This document shows positions 42,352 through 51,334 of a stretch of DNA of 64,000 nucleotides, in pieces; the stretch's first letter is position 1; each line of letters opens with the position of its first letter. Origin of the DNA: an uncultured delta proteobacterium (GTDB lineage Bacteria; Myxococcota_A; Polyangia; Polyangiales; Polyangiaceae). Under the pieces are notes generated by a model. It ran no database searches. It was given only the letters and a program-made list of their open reading frames with translations, and was not told the DNA's origin. A program made the translations under genes and the position numbers. The stretch is from positions 1,184,001-1,248,000 of the forward strand of contig CAWJCS010000005.1 in the NCBI GenBank assembly GCA_963841435.1. Direction: 5' to 3'.

Positions 42352-42876
42352 ATGACGGCCGAGGGCTCGGGCCTAAGCTTGCGAGAGGTGTTCGATGAGC
42401 ACGCGGCCTACGTCTACCGCGCGCTCCGTCATCTCGGCGCGCCGGAATCCGAGATCGACGACCTCTGCCAGGAGGTCTTCGTCGTCGTGCACCGGCGGCT
42501 CGGATCATTCGAGGGACGCTCGAGCCTTCGGACCTGGCTGTACGGGATCTGCATGCGGCTCGCGTCGGACCATCGACGGCGGGCGCGCGTGCGTTACGAG
42601 CGTGCGGTGGCGGACCCCGGACGCGACCTTGCGGAGCCGAGTAGCTTCGCGCCGGACCGTCGCACCGAGGCGCGGACGCAGCTTCTCCAGCTTCTCGACT
42701 CGCTCGACGACGACAAGCGTGACGTCATCGTGCTCTACGAAATCGAGGGTCTGTCGATGAGCGAGGTGGCCGCCGCGCTCGGCTGTCCCCTGCAGACGGC
42801 GTACTCGCGGCTGCACGCAGCGCGCGCGAAGCTCATCGCGTCCGCGAAACGCCGCGACGGGGAGGAAGACACGTGA
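42352..42876 (+). CDS. ECF RNA polymerase sigma factor
   Basis: DDLCQEVF, FEGRSSLRTWLYGI, EGLSMSEVA..LG.PLQTAYSRLHAAR. Confidence 0.93.
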   Translation: MTAEGSGLSLREVFDEHAAYVYRALRHLGAPESEIDDLCQEVFVVVHRRLGSFEGRSSLRTWLYGICMRLASDHRRRARVRYERAVADPGRDLAEPSSFAPDRRTEARTQLLQLLDSLDDDKRDVIVLYEIEGLSMSEVAAALGCPLQTAYSRLHAARAKLIASAKRRDGEEDT

Positions 42877-43613
42877 CCACGTTCGACGAACCGACGCGCC
42901 TGTCCGAGCTCGGCTCGGAGGCACCCGATAGCTTGCGGCAGCTCTTGTCTGCCGCGCGCGGCGACCTACCGACGGCCGCAGAGCTCGCGCGCGTCCAGGC
43001 GCGACTCGATCCGCTCTTCCACACGCCGCCGCCGGCTCCAGCTCCGGCGCCGAGCGCGGCGGCCCTCGCGCCCACGGCAAAGCTCGGGTTGCTCGCGCTC
43101 GGTGGTGTCGCCGTGGCCGGCGCCATCTGGCTCGGGACGCGAAGCGAGCCCGCACGCCCCACGGCGAAACCTGCCGCCCCAAGCGCCGAGCAAACCATCG
43201 ACCCACCCGAACGCGCGGCGCCGCCCGCTCCGAAGCCCTCCCCCGAGCCGGCTCCGGCCCAAAGTGAGCCCGCCGTGCCCGCCGACGAAGGACCTTCCTC
43301 GGTGAATACGCCACCTCCCGCGCCCCATCGCACCGCCGCACCTCGCCCCGAACCGCGTCCGGAGGACGCCCTGCTCGAGGACGCGCGAAAGGCGCTCTCG
43401 TCCAATCCGCAGCGCGCGCTTTTGCTCACTCGCGAACACGAGGTAACCTATCCTGGTGGCGTGCTCACGCAGGAGCGCGAGGTGATCGCGATAGAAGCGC
43501 TACGGCGCCTCGGACGCTCGGAAGAGGCCGCCAAGCGCCTCGAGCGGTTCGAGCAGCGGTACCCTCAATCCGCGCACCGGCGAAAGCTCGAAGGCCCCGC
43601 CACGGCCCCATGA
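42873..43613 (+). CDS. Putative single-TM anti-sigma factor with C-terminal TPR-like domain
   Basis: GTGA-coupled to the sigma gene; TM, Pro linker, EREVIAIEAL..LGR..EA..F..RYP. Confidence 0.75.
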   Translation: MTTFDEPTRLSELGSEAPDSLRQLLSAARGDLPTAAELARVQARLDPLFHTPPPAPAPAPSAAALAPTAKLGLLALGGVAVAGAIWLGTRSEPARPTAKPAAPSAEQTIDPPERAAPPAPKPSPEPAPAQSEPAVPADEGPSSVNTPPPAPHRTAAPRPEPRPEDALLEDARKALSSNPQRALLLTREHEVTYPGGVLTQEREVIAIEALRRLGRSEEAAKRLERFEQRYPQSAHRRKLEGPATAP

Positions 43614-44572
43614 CACGCTGGCCGCTTGCCGGTGCCTGCCTGATCCTGCTGGTAGGCGCTGCGTCGGGCGCCTGCACGGACGACGTGCTCGTCGGTCTGG
43701 ACCTGCCGCGCGACGGCGGCGCCGGCACACTGCCGTCGGACGCGGCGAGCGGCAACGCGGGCACGAGCGCCACCGCGGGCGTTGGTGGCGACGCGGGCAC
43801 GAGCGCCAACGCGGGCACTCTCGGTGACGCCGGCGCGAGCGAGCCCACGTGCCAACCTGTGAGCTGCCAGGGGAAGATCTTTCGATGCGGCGATTGTATC
43901 GACAACGACGGCGACGGTGCGGTCAACGCCGAGGACAGCCAGTGCCTCGGCCCCTGCGACGACACGGAAGATTCTCTGTTCCTCGACCTTCCGGGAGGCA
44001 ACGGCGGCGGATGCCGTGAAGATTGCTACTTCGATCGCAATTCGGGGTCCGGCAACGACGGTTGCCGCTACAGCGCGAGCTGCGACCCCCTTTCGGTGGC
44101 CCCGGACTACCCACCGAGCGGCAGCTCGAGCTGCGCGCTCGTCGAAAGCGGCACGGTGCCCGGCCTCGGCGCGACGTGCGACGAGCTTGCCGCCTCGCAA
44201 CCTCAGGCGTGCCTCGACGCCTGCTTGCCTCTCACGCCCAACGGCTGCGACTGCTTTGGCTGCTGCGAGCTGCCCGCCGGCAGCCAGCGCTACGTGTGGC
44301 TCGGCTCGTCCGCCACGAACGGCCAAGGCACGTGCACCGAGGACGTGCTCGACGATCCGTCGCTCTGTCGCCCGTGCACACCGGTCCCCTCGTGCTTCAA
44401 CGACTGCGGCCCGTGCGAGGTGTGCGCCGGACGACCGACGCCCGATCCGAGCTGCAACGGTGGTGGGCCGCGCTGCACGCTCGGACGTCCCGCTTGCGGC
44501 CAGATCGGTGAAGCGGCGTGCAACGCGGGCTCGTACTGCATCACGGGCTGCTGCATCCCCGAACCGCGCTGA
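43610..44572 (+). CDS. Cys-rich lipoprotein, paralog of 38724..39731
   Basis: SGAC lipobox, DNDGDG, DCYFDRNSG, NGCDCFGCC, YCITGCC. Confidence 0.75.
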   Translation: MTRWPLAGACLILLVGAASGACTDDVLVGLDLPRDGGAGTLPSDAASGNAGTSATAGVGGDAGTSANAGTLGDAGASEPTCQPVSCQGKIFRCGDCIDNDGDGAVNAEDSQCLGPCDDTEDSLFLDLPGGNGGGCREDCYFDRNSGSGNDGCRYSASCDPLSVAPDYPPSGSSSCALVESGTVPGLGATCDELAASQPQACLDACLPLTPNGCDCFGCCELPAGSQRYVWLGSSATNGQGTCTEDVLDDPSLCRPCTPVPSCFNDCGPCEVCAGRPTPDPSCNGGGPRCTLGRPACGQIGEAACNAGSYCITGCCIPEPR

Positions 44573-44692
44573 GCGCACGTTTCCCGACATCCTGCGCAGG
44601 AGAGAAGTCACGGCAAACGCGTGGGCGCGACCTACCGACTTTGCGCATTGCTCCGAATTTGGGATCATAGAGAGATTAGCGGAGGCTTTTTC

Positions 44693-45601
44693 ATGACGCG
44701 TTTCGGCATCGGTGTTCTCTCGGGGCTGTGTTTGATCACGGGATCGATCGTCGCGTGCAGCGGCAGCTCGACGAGCTTCAACGACGCAAAGGGAGGCGCG
44801 GGATCGGGCGGCTCCGGTGCCAGCTCCGGCAACGGAAGCGGCGGATCAGGCGCAACGGGGGGTAGCGCTACGGGCGGCAGCGCGGGCAAAGGAACCGGCG
44901 GCTCGGGGACGGGCGGCAGCTCCGCTGGCAATGGCGGCACCTCGGGGGACGGCGCGGGCGGCAACGCTGGCGACGCCACGGGCGGCACGGGCGGCACGGG
45001 GACGGGCGGCAGCGCGGGCATGGCGGGCGGCGGCGGAACGGGCGCGATGACCGGGTATCACCCTCCCCCCGAACAGGTCGACGCCTGCACGAGCACCTGC
45101 CAGAAAGCAGCCGACGCGAATTGCGACAACGGCGACTCGCTCGCCACGTGCATCACCGATTGCAGGACGGCCATCCGTGTCGAGGCGTGCTCGGATGCGT
45201 GGGACACACTCTTCGCATGCCAGGCGATGGACACCGTGGAATGTAACGGTGACGGCCAGCCGACCTTCCCCGATTGCGTCGACGAGTACGCCCTCGCGAT
45301 TGCGTGCGTCTACGACACCGCCATCGGCGGCGACCTCGAACCGCCCTGCTCGGACTACTGCAACGCCCAGGCCGACGTGATGTGCGACAACTCGACGAAC
45401 AGCGCCGATTGCACGCAAGAATGTCAGCTCGTCGGGACGATCGTCGAAGCTTGCGATACCGAGTACGTCGTGTACCTCGACTGCGCGAAAGACGCGGACT
45501 TTACCTGCAACGCGGATGGCGACCCGTTCGCGAACGCCTGCGCCGCAGACTATCTCCGCTTCTTGGCCTGCGTCGTCACCGAGTACGACATTCAGCTCTG
45601 A
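44693..45601 (+). CDS. Cys-rich lipoprotein with duplicated CxxxC domains
   Basis: IVAC lipobox, Gly linker, two related halves (C...C..A...C.N...C...C..VEAC...CN.DG.P). Confidence 0.7.
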   Translation: MTRFGIGVLSGLCLITGSIVACSGSSTSFNDAKGGAGSGGSGASSGNGSGGSGATGGSATGGSAGKGTGGSGTGGSSAGNGGTSGDGAGGNAGDATGGTGGTGTGGSAGMAGGGGTGAMTGYHPPPEQVDACTSTCQKAADANCDNGDSLATCITDCRTAIRVEACSDAWDTLFACQAMDTVECNGDGQPTFPDCVDEYALAIACVYDTAIGGDLEPPCSDYCNAQADVMCDNSTNSADCTQECQLVGTIVEACDTEYVVYLDCAKDADFTCNADGDPFANACAADYLRFLACVVTEYDIQL

Positions 45602-45702
45602 GCGGCGCGCGGGACCACGACGCTCGAGCCGCAGTTTCCCGCGGGGGCGTGCGGTCGTGCCGGTGGAAGGTCATGGTGACCCGGCGTGACGGCCAGGCGT
45701 GG

Positions 45703-47388
45703 TCAGTAGCGCGCGGGCGGCCCGTAGAGGGTCTCGCGCCATTCGGCGTAGCCGCCGGCGCCGCCCGTCAGTGTTTGCACGAGCATCTGGCTCGAATCGA
45801 TCTCGTGGATCACGCTCGCCGTGGAGAACGCGACGAGCACGTTGCCGTTCGGCAGCTGCTGCACGTCACCGAGGACGTTGCTCGTCGTCCCGGGCTGGTA
45901 CGTCCAGACCTGCATGGCGGTGAACGTCCCCATCTCGTTCAGCTGGTACTTGTAGACCGTCGATGAGCCGCTCGAGCCGTTGTTGAAGAACAGGAAGGCG
46001 CCACTGCCGTCATCCGGCATGTCGTGCCCGTGGTTGACGCGCCAGCTACCCTCGACGCAGCCGGGTGCGGGCGCTCCCGAGCAGCTTCCGCCGAGCTGCC
46101 AGAGCACCTGCCCCGTGTGGCTGATCTTGACGAACAGATTCGGGTTGCGATCGCTGATCGTGTAGCTGTCGTCGGTCGGATGATAGTGAAGGGCGTTGGC
46201 GTGAAAGCGGTTGGAGCCGCCCATGCCCGATCCACCCGTGTAGACGCTCGCGTCGATGCGCGCGACGGCGGTGACGTTGCCTTGGGCATCGCCTTCGATG
46301 AGATCGCTCGGCTGGTCGCCGCTCTGCTGGATCCAAGAGAGGCAAGCGGCCTTGCCGCCCGTCGGCAGCACGGTGATGTCGTGATGACAGTTGGAAAATC
46401 CGGGGATCTTGGTCTCTCTCGTCAGCCCGTCCATGGAGACACGATCGACCTGGCCGCCGTTGTTCGACCCGTTGCCGACGTTGAGCGAGACCATCCACAT
46501 GTGCTGACCGTCACCGCTCATCTTGGCGCGGCTACACTGTGGGGGTGCCGGCGCCCACCACACGGGCTCGCCGTCGGCGTCGAGGATGAACGCATAGGAA
46601 GTGCCGCCCCCGCCGCCCATCATGCCGCCACCACCGCCGCCGATGCCCGTGCTCACGGTAATGAAGCCGCGGGCCTGCGACGCGGCGGCCGGACCCGCCA
46701 TGCGCGTCACGCGCGGCAGCGCGCTCGGCGCCGCACCGGTCGTGATCGAGTACTCGTTGCTCGTGCAGGTCGTGCCGCCCCCGGCGACCTCGACGTGGAA
46801 GTTGTAGGTCTTCGAGGCTTTCATGCCGAGCAACAGAGTCCGAAAGCTCGGCCCCTGGGTCACGTCGACGGGCGCCGTCAGCGTCAACGTTCCACCCTCG
46901 AGACCGAACACGATGCTCGCGCTCGTCGGGCTCGCCATGTTAACGGACCAGTCGACGATACCAACCGTCGGGATGCCGCCGTCGCCGGCCTTGTCCGCGG
47001 TCTGTGACGTCACGGTGAAGGTGCAGGTGCCCACGCCCGTGCCCGCGGCGCCGCTCGCGCCACCCGTGAGGGAGCCCGCGGTGCCTGCCCCCGCGAGTCC
47101 GGCGCTGCCTCCCGTCGCGCCGCCCACCCCGCCCACGCCCGAGCTGCCGGAAGTGCCACCCGTGCCCGCGCCGGCGAAGCTGCCCGCGGCTCCGGAGGTA
47201 CCCCCGACGCCGGAGCTGCCGCCCACCCCCGATGTGCCGCCCGTCGCGCCGCCAGTCCCGCTGCCGCTGCTGCCGCCCGTACCGCCCGACACGTTGGTGC
47301 CCGGCTCGTCGCCCGACGAGCAGCCACCCGCGATGGCGAGAGCAAACAGGGAGCCGAAGAGAGTCTGGAACGATCGAGGGTAAAACAT
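45703..47388 (-). CDS. Arylsulfotransferase-like beta-propeller lipoprotein
   Basis: AGGC lipobox, HHDI, FHANAL, ISDRN, WQLGG, HD, QQLPNGNVL. Confidence 0.7.
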   Translation of the reverse strand: MFYPRSFQTLFGSLFALAIAGGCSSGDEPGTNVSGGTGGSSGSGTGGATGGTSGVGGSSGVGGTSGAAGSFAGAGTGGTSGSSGVGGVGGATGGSAGLAGAGTAGSLTGGASGAAGTGVGTCTFTVTSQTADKAGDGGIPTVGIVDWSVNMASPTSASIVFGLEGGTLTLTAPVDVTQGPSFRTLLLGMKASKTYNFHVEVAGGGTTCTSNEYSITTGAAPSALPRVTRMAGPAAASQARGFITVSTGIGGGGGGMMGGGGGTSYAFILDADGEPVWWAPAPPQCSRAKMSGDGQHMWMVSLNVGNGSNNGGQVDRVSMDGLTRETKIPGFSNCHHDITVLPTGGKAACLSWIQQSGDQPSDLIEGDAQGNVTAVARIDASVYTGGSGMGGSNRFHANALHYHPTDDSYTISDRNPNLFVKISHTGQVLWQLGGSCSGAPAPGCVEGSWRVNHGHDMPDDGSGAFLFFNNGSSGSSTVYKYQLNEMGTFTAMQVWTYQPGTTSNVLGDVQQLPNGNVLVAFSTASVIHEIDSSQMLVQTLTGGAGGYAEWRETLYGPPARY

Positions 47389-47430
47389 CAGCGCTTTCGT
47401 CCTATTGCCACGGCGGGGCTCGCCCGACAT

Positions 47431-48777
47431 TCACGGGGGGTGCTGGGCCTTCCCGGAAGTACCCGGGGAGCCTCCCGAAAAGGCCGCCGTGAGCACGCGC
47501 GATGCATAAGGCAAAATCAGCCCAGGAAGTCCGAGCCGCGGCGCGAGGAGCCCGGCGAGTCCGAACAAGAGGACGAGCGTGCGCTCGACGTAAAAGTATC
47601 CGTCGGGGTATTCGACGCTCTTCATGACCTGCCGCAGATGCCCGCGCATCTGACGATACCCGGAAAGCCTCTCGAGCTCCGCGCGATCCAGGCGAGAAAA
47701 ATCGCCGATCTTGGTGTTACCGAGCACCTTCAGGTACTCGCGACCCACCTTGCGCAAGAGCTCCTGGTCGCCTCCCGGCGCGACGAAGCCCATGTGCTCG
47801 AGACCCCGCAAGATGCGCTCGTCGTCCTTCGCGAGGACGCCGAGCACGACGCCCTTCATACCCTCCGCGAGGGCCGGCGTGACGTCCTCGACGGCGCCGA
47901 AGTCGAGCAGCACGAGCTTCGGTCCCGGCCGGACGAGGAAGTTGCCCGGGTGCGGGTCGGCGTGGAACACGCGGTGATCGAGCAGCATCTGAAAGTAGCA
48001 CTCCGCGAGCAGCTTCCCCACGGCCTCCGGATCGATGCCCGCCGCGCGCTGCGCTTCGACATCCGACACCTTGATGCCGGGCTCGAACGACATCGTGAGC
48101 ACGCCGCCACGGGTGAGCTCGCCGACGACGCTGGGAATCACCACATCCTCGCGACCCGCGAAGACGGCGCGGAGGCGCTCCATGTTCTGGCGTTCGTGCG
48201 CGTAGTCGATCTCGCGCGCCAACATCGAAGCAAGCTGATCGAGCATGCGCTCCACGCGAGCGATGGGGAGGAAGAGCCGAATCATCGGCATCACCGAGCG
48301 CAGCACGCCGAGATCGCCGGCGATGAGGCGCTCGATGTTCGGGTAGCGGACCTTGACGGCGAGGTCGCGACCGTCGAGCGCCGTGGCGCGGTGAACCTGA
48401 GCGAGCGATGCCGCCGCCAGTGGCTCGCGCTCGAAGCTGCCGAACCGCGCGAGCGCATCGGGACCGAACGCTTCCTCGAGGCGACCCGCGACCTCGTCGA
48501 AGGGTCGTGGCGGCACCTTGTCTTGTAGCTCTTCGAGGGCTTCCCCGAACGCGGGCGGCAGAAACGTCGCCGTGACGCCGAGCACTTGCCCGATCTTGAT
48601 GAAGACGCCGCGCAGCGAGGAGAAACCGTGCGCAAGGCGGCGCGCGTTGCGCCTGTGCGCACGCTCGAAGAGCCGTGCGCCGCGCTTCTCGCCGACGAGC
48701 TTCGCGAGCACCCACGTCACGCCGTACGACGCGAAAATCGACCAGAACAGCGTGAGTGCGCGCAGCGAACGGAGCAC
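47431..48777 (-). CDS. ABC1/UbiB family atypical kinase
   Basis: FIKIGQ, AAASLAQVH, AVKV, FHADPHPGN, LDFG. Confidence 0.92.
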   Translation of the reverse strand: MLRSLRALTLFWSIFASYGVTWVLAKLVGEKRGARLFERAHRRNARRLAHGFSSLRGVFIKIGQVLGVTATFLPPAFGEALEELQDKVPPRPFDEVAGRLEEAFGPDALARFGSFEREPLAAASLAQVHRATALDGRDLAVKVRYPNIERLIAGDLGVLRSVMPMIRLFLPIARVERMLDQLASMLAREIDYAHERQNMERLRAVFAGREDVVIPSVVGELTRGGVLTMSFEPGIKVSDVEAQRAAGIDPEAVGKLLAECYFQMLLDHRVFHADPHPGNFLVRPGPKLVLLDFGAVEDVTPALAEGMKGVVLGVLAKDDERILRGLEHMGFVAPGGDQELLRKVGREYLKVLGNTKIGDFSRLDRAELERLSGYRQMRGHLRQVMKSVEYPDGYFYVERTLVLLFGLAGLLAPRLGLPGLILPYASRVLTAAFSGGSPGTSGKAQHPP

Positions 48778-48803
48778 GAGGCGGGTAGCCTAGTTCGCGT
48801 CCG

Positions 48804-48935
48804 GCCTTCGCGCTTGATTCGCGCCCGCAAGCACGAAAAATCGCAGGCAACACCCGCCGGTGCCCCCCTCGCGCCCAGCCTTCGCGCTTGATTCGCGCCC
48901 ACAAGCACGAAAAATCGCAAAACAACACCCGCCGG
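48804..48935 (+). repeat. Two direct copies (57/58 bp) of a REP-like imperfect hairpin
   Basis: Copies at 48804-48860 and 48878-48935; arms TTCGCGCTTG / CAAGCACGAA. Confidence 0.85.
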
Positions 48936-48970
48936 CCCCGCGCTCGTGCTCGAGCTCCCCGCCACACACC

Positions 48971-49300
48971 CCACTTCGTGCACCTCGCGCCCCCCGCGCG
49001 GCTGACAAGCCACTTCGTGCACCTCGCGCCTTACCCGACCCCGCGCGGATGACAGCGCCACTTCGTGCACCTCGCGCTCCCCGCGCGACTGACAGTGCCA
49101 CTTCGTGCGTCTCGCGCTCGTGCTCGAGCTCCCCGCCACACACCCCACCTCGTGCACTTCGCGCCCCCCGCGCGGATGACAGCGCCACTTCGTGCACCTC
49201 GCGCCTTACCCGACCCCGCGCGGATGACAGCGCCACTTCGTGCACCTCGCGCCTTACCCGACCCCGCGCGGATGACAGCGCCACTTCGTGCACCTCGCGC
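48971..49300 (+). repeat. Array of eight 20-bp cores with 19-28-bp recurring linkers
   Basis: CCACTTCGTGCACCTCGCGC at 48971, 49010, 49058, 49098, 49145, 49185, 49233, 49281; copies 4 and 5 each have 2 mismatches. Confidence 0.92.
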
Positions 49301-49400
49301 CTGTCCAATCGCCTCCCCAACGCGACGCACGGCCAGATGACTCAAACTCGCCCGGGACCACTGGACGCGGCCCCCAACTCATATTATAGCCTCTTTCAAG

Positions 49401-50177
49401 TTGAGACGAACGCGAGAACGCACCCTCCCGATTCGGGGCGAACAGCTGGCTCTCCCCCTCAGGGGTCCGTGGGGCGGCAGGCGGTCTCACGCCGGGCGCA
49501 AACCAGGCCCACAGCCGAAGACGCCGCACCGCGCGCGGCCACGCCATCAGGCGGGGCACCCCGTGCACGTCACACTGCGCGCGGGGCTCGGCTCGCTGCG
49601 CAGCCAACATCTGTACCCGACGGTGCGGCTGGCGATTGCCCGATCTTCACGCCGCGATCCCGCGCGGTTTCGCATTCCCGAGTTTTCCGTTCAGGACAAT
49701 CATGTCCACTTGCTCGTCGAGGCGCGCGACGCGCGAGCGCTTTCGAGCGGCGTGCGCGGGCTCGCCATCCGAATCGCGCGCTACGTCAACGACCTGCTCA
49801 TGCGTCGCGGGCGCCTCTGGGCGGACCGGTGGCACGGCCGAGACCTGAAGTCGCCCCGCGAAGTGCGCGCCGCGCTCGTTTACGTTCTCGCCAATTTTCG
49901 CAAACACGCGCGAGGCCCGCTCCCCGGAGGAATCGATCCCTGCTCCTCCGCTGCTTTTTTTGGGGGTTTTCGAGGTTGGAACCCCGAAGCCTCGGGGCAC
50001 CCCCCGTTCGTCGGGCGTGCGCCGCCCGTGTTCGTCGACCTCGAGCACCGCGGGCGAGGCGCTGACGAACCTGCGAGACCGGTCGTCACGGCAAAAACGT
50101 GGCTCTTGAGACTCGGGTGGCGGCGTTCGGGCCTCATCGGCCTCCACGAAGCGCCGAAGCCAAACCTCCGCCGCTGA
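49401..50177 (+). mobile_element. Y1/HUH tyrosine transposase-like nuclease (RAYT / IS200-like superfamily)
   Basis: HVTLR, QDNHVHLLVE (HUH at 49701-49709), YVLAN (Tyr at 49881), DP.SS; flanked by repeats; start codon uncertain. Confidence 0.85.
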
Positions 50178-50183
50178 GGCTGT

Positions 50184-50467
50184 GGTCGCTCGCCGCGCCA
50201 CCCCGCCGCTCGCCGTGCCACCCCGCCGCACGCGGTCGCTCGACGTGCCACCCCGCCGCACGCGGTCGCTCGACGTGCCACCCGCCGCACGCGGTCGCTC
50301 GGCGTGCCACCCCGCCGCACGCGGTCGCTCGACGTGCCACCCCGCCGCACGCGGTCGCTCGACGTGCCACCCGCCGCACGCGGTCGCTCGACGTGCCACC
50401 CCGCCGCACGCGGTCGCTCGACGTGCCACCCCGCCGCACGCGGTCGCTCGACGTGCCACCCCGCCGC
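50184..50467 (+). repeat. Tandem array of about eight 30-bp units plus a degenerate leading copy
   Basis: Unit CGCGGTCGCTCGACGTGCCACCCCGCCGCA from 50231; two units are 29 bp (C3 instead of C4). Confidence 0.95.
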
Positions 50468-50486
50468 TCAAGGCCGCACGCGGCGC

Positions 50487-51089
50487 TCAGAACGCGAGGT
50501 ACGGCAGTTTTGCGGCGGTGGACTTCACTTGCTCGGTGCCGTCGAGCAGCTGCCCGATGGGGTCCCACTCGCCCTTGACGAGCGCGTCGCGCGCCGCCGG
50601 CTTCATCGTCGCCGGAAAGCTCAGCGAGCCGGCGCTCACGGTGCCGCTCCCGAGATCAATCGTGAGCTCGAGCGCCGGATCGTTCTCGATCGCGGCGGCG
50701 AGCGCGAGCACGGCGTCGTGACTCACCGACACGCAGGGCATCCCGAGCGTCGTGGAGTTGCCGAAGAAGATCTCGGCGAAGCTCTCGGCCACGACGGCCC
50801 GGATGCCGAACTTCGCGAGCGCCTGCGGCGCGTGCTCGCGCGAGGACCCGCAGCCGAAGTTGGCGTTCGAAAGCAGGATCGAAGCGCCCGCGAAGCGCGG
50901 GTCGTTGAGCGGGTGAGTCTTCGGCTTGCCGCTCTCGTCGAAGCGAACGTCGTAAAAGAGCGACGCGCCAAGACCGTCGAACGTGACGCACTTCATGAAG
51001 CGCGCCGGAATGATGCGATCGGTGTCGATGTCGTCGCCCGCAACGTAAACACCGCGCCCGGTTACCTTCGTGATCTTCTCGAGTGCCAT
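50487..51089 (-). CDS. leuD: 3-isopropylmalate dehydratase small subunit
   Basis: DIDTDRIIPARF, NFGCGSSREHAP, SFAEIFFGN. Confidence 0.97.
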   Translation of the reverse strand: MALEKITKVTGRGVYVAGDDIDTDRIIPARFMKCVTFDGLGASLFYDVRFDESGKPKTHPLNDPRFAGASILLSNANFGCGSSREHAPQALAKFGIRAVVAESFAEIFFGNSTTLGMPCVSVSHDAVLALAAAIENDPALELTIDLGSGTVSAGSLSFPATMKPAARDALVKGEWDPIGQLLDGTEQVKSTAAKLPYLAF

Positions 51090-51334
51090 TGTCTATTCGC
51101 TCCTTCGCTTCGCCTAGCACCGTGATCTGCTCGAGCGAAAGCTCGCGCTGAAATCGCTGTCGGTGCCACGCTCGATGCCGCCATGCCTCTTCGAGCGGGC
51201 TTCGCTCTCGGCGACCGCGTCGAGCAGCGTCCGCCGCGTTGCCGCGGCTCGCCGAGCGTCGTGGGCCGCCCGGACGCCGTGCCGCTGCTGAGCGGTGATC
51301 CCGTGAGGTGCCATAGCGTCTACGCCGCGCTCGC

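Noticed and set aside
48785-48788. GTAG REP tag
   Set aside because: A single copy, 18 nt from the hairpin and overlapping the probable -10 region of the kinase gene.
48971-49300. CRISPR array
   Set aside because: The linkers recur and are related rather than unique, the repeat is only 20 bp, and there are no cas genes in the window.
48717-49345. ORFs with REVHEVALSS / APLRAPRA repeats
   Set aside because: Translations of the DNA array; open in several frames with no start signals.
49401-50177. Canonical IS200/IS605 element
   Set aside because: No tnpB, the protein is longer than typical TnpA, and no paired end hairpins were identified; a RAYT-like call fits better.
50099-50578. Repetitive ORFs across the 30-bp array
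   Set aside because: The stop-free repeat is open in all frames, and 29-bp units break the phase.
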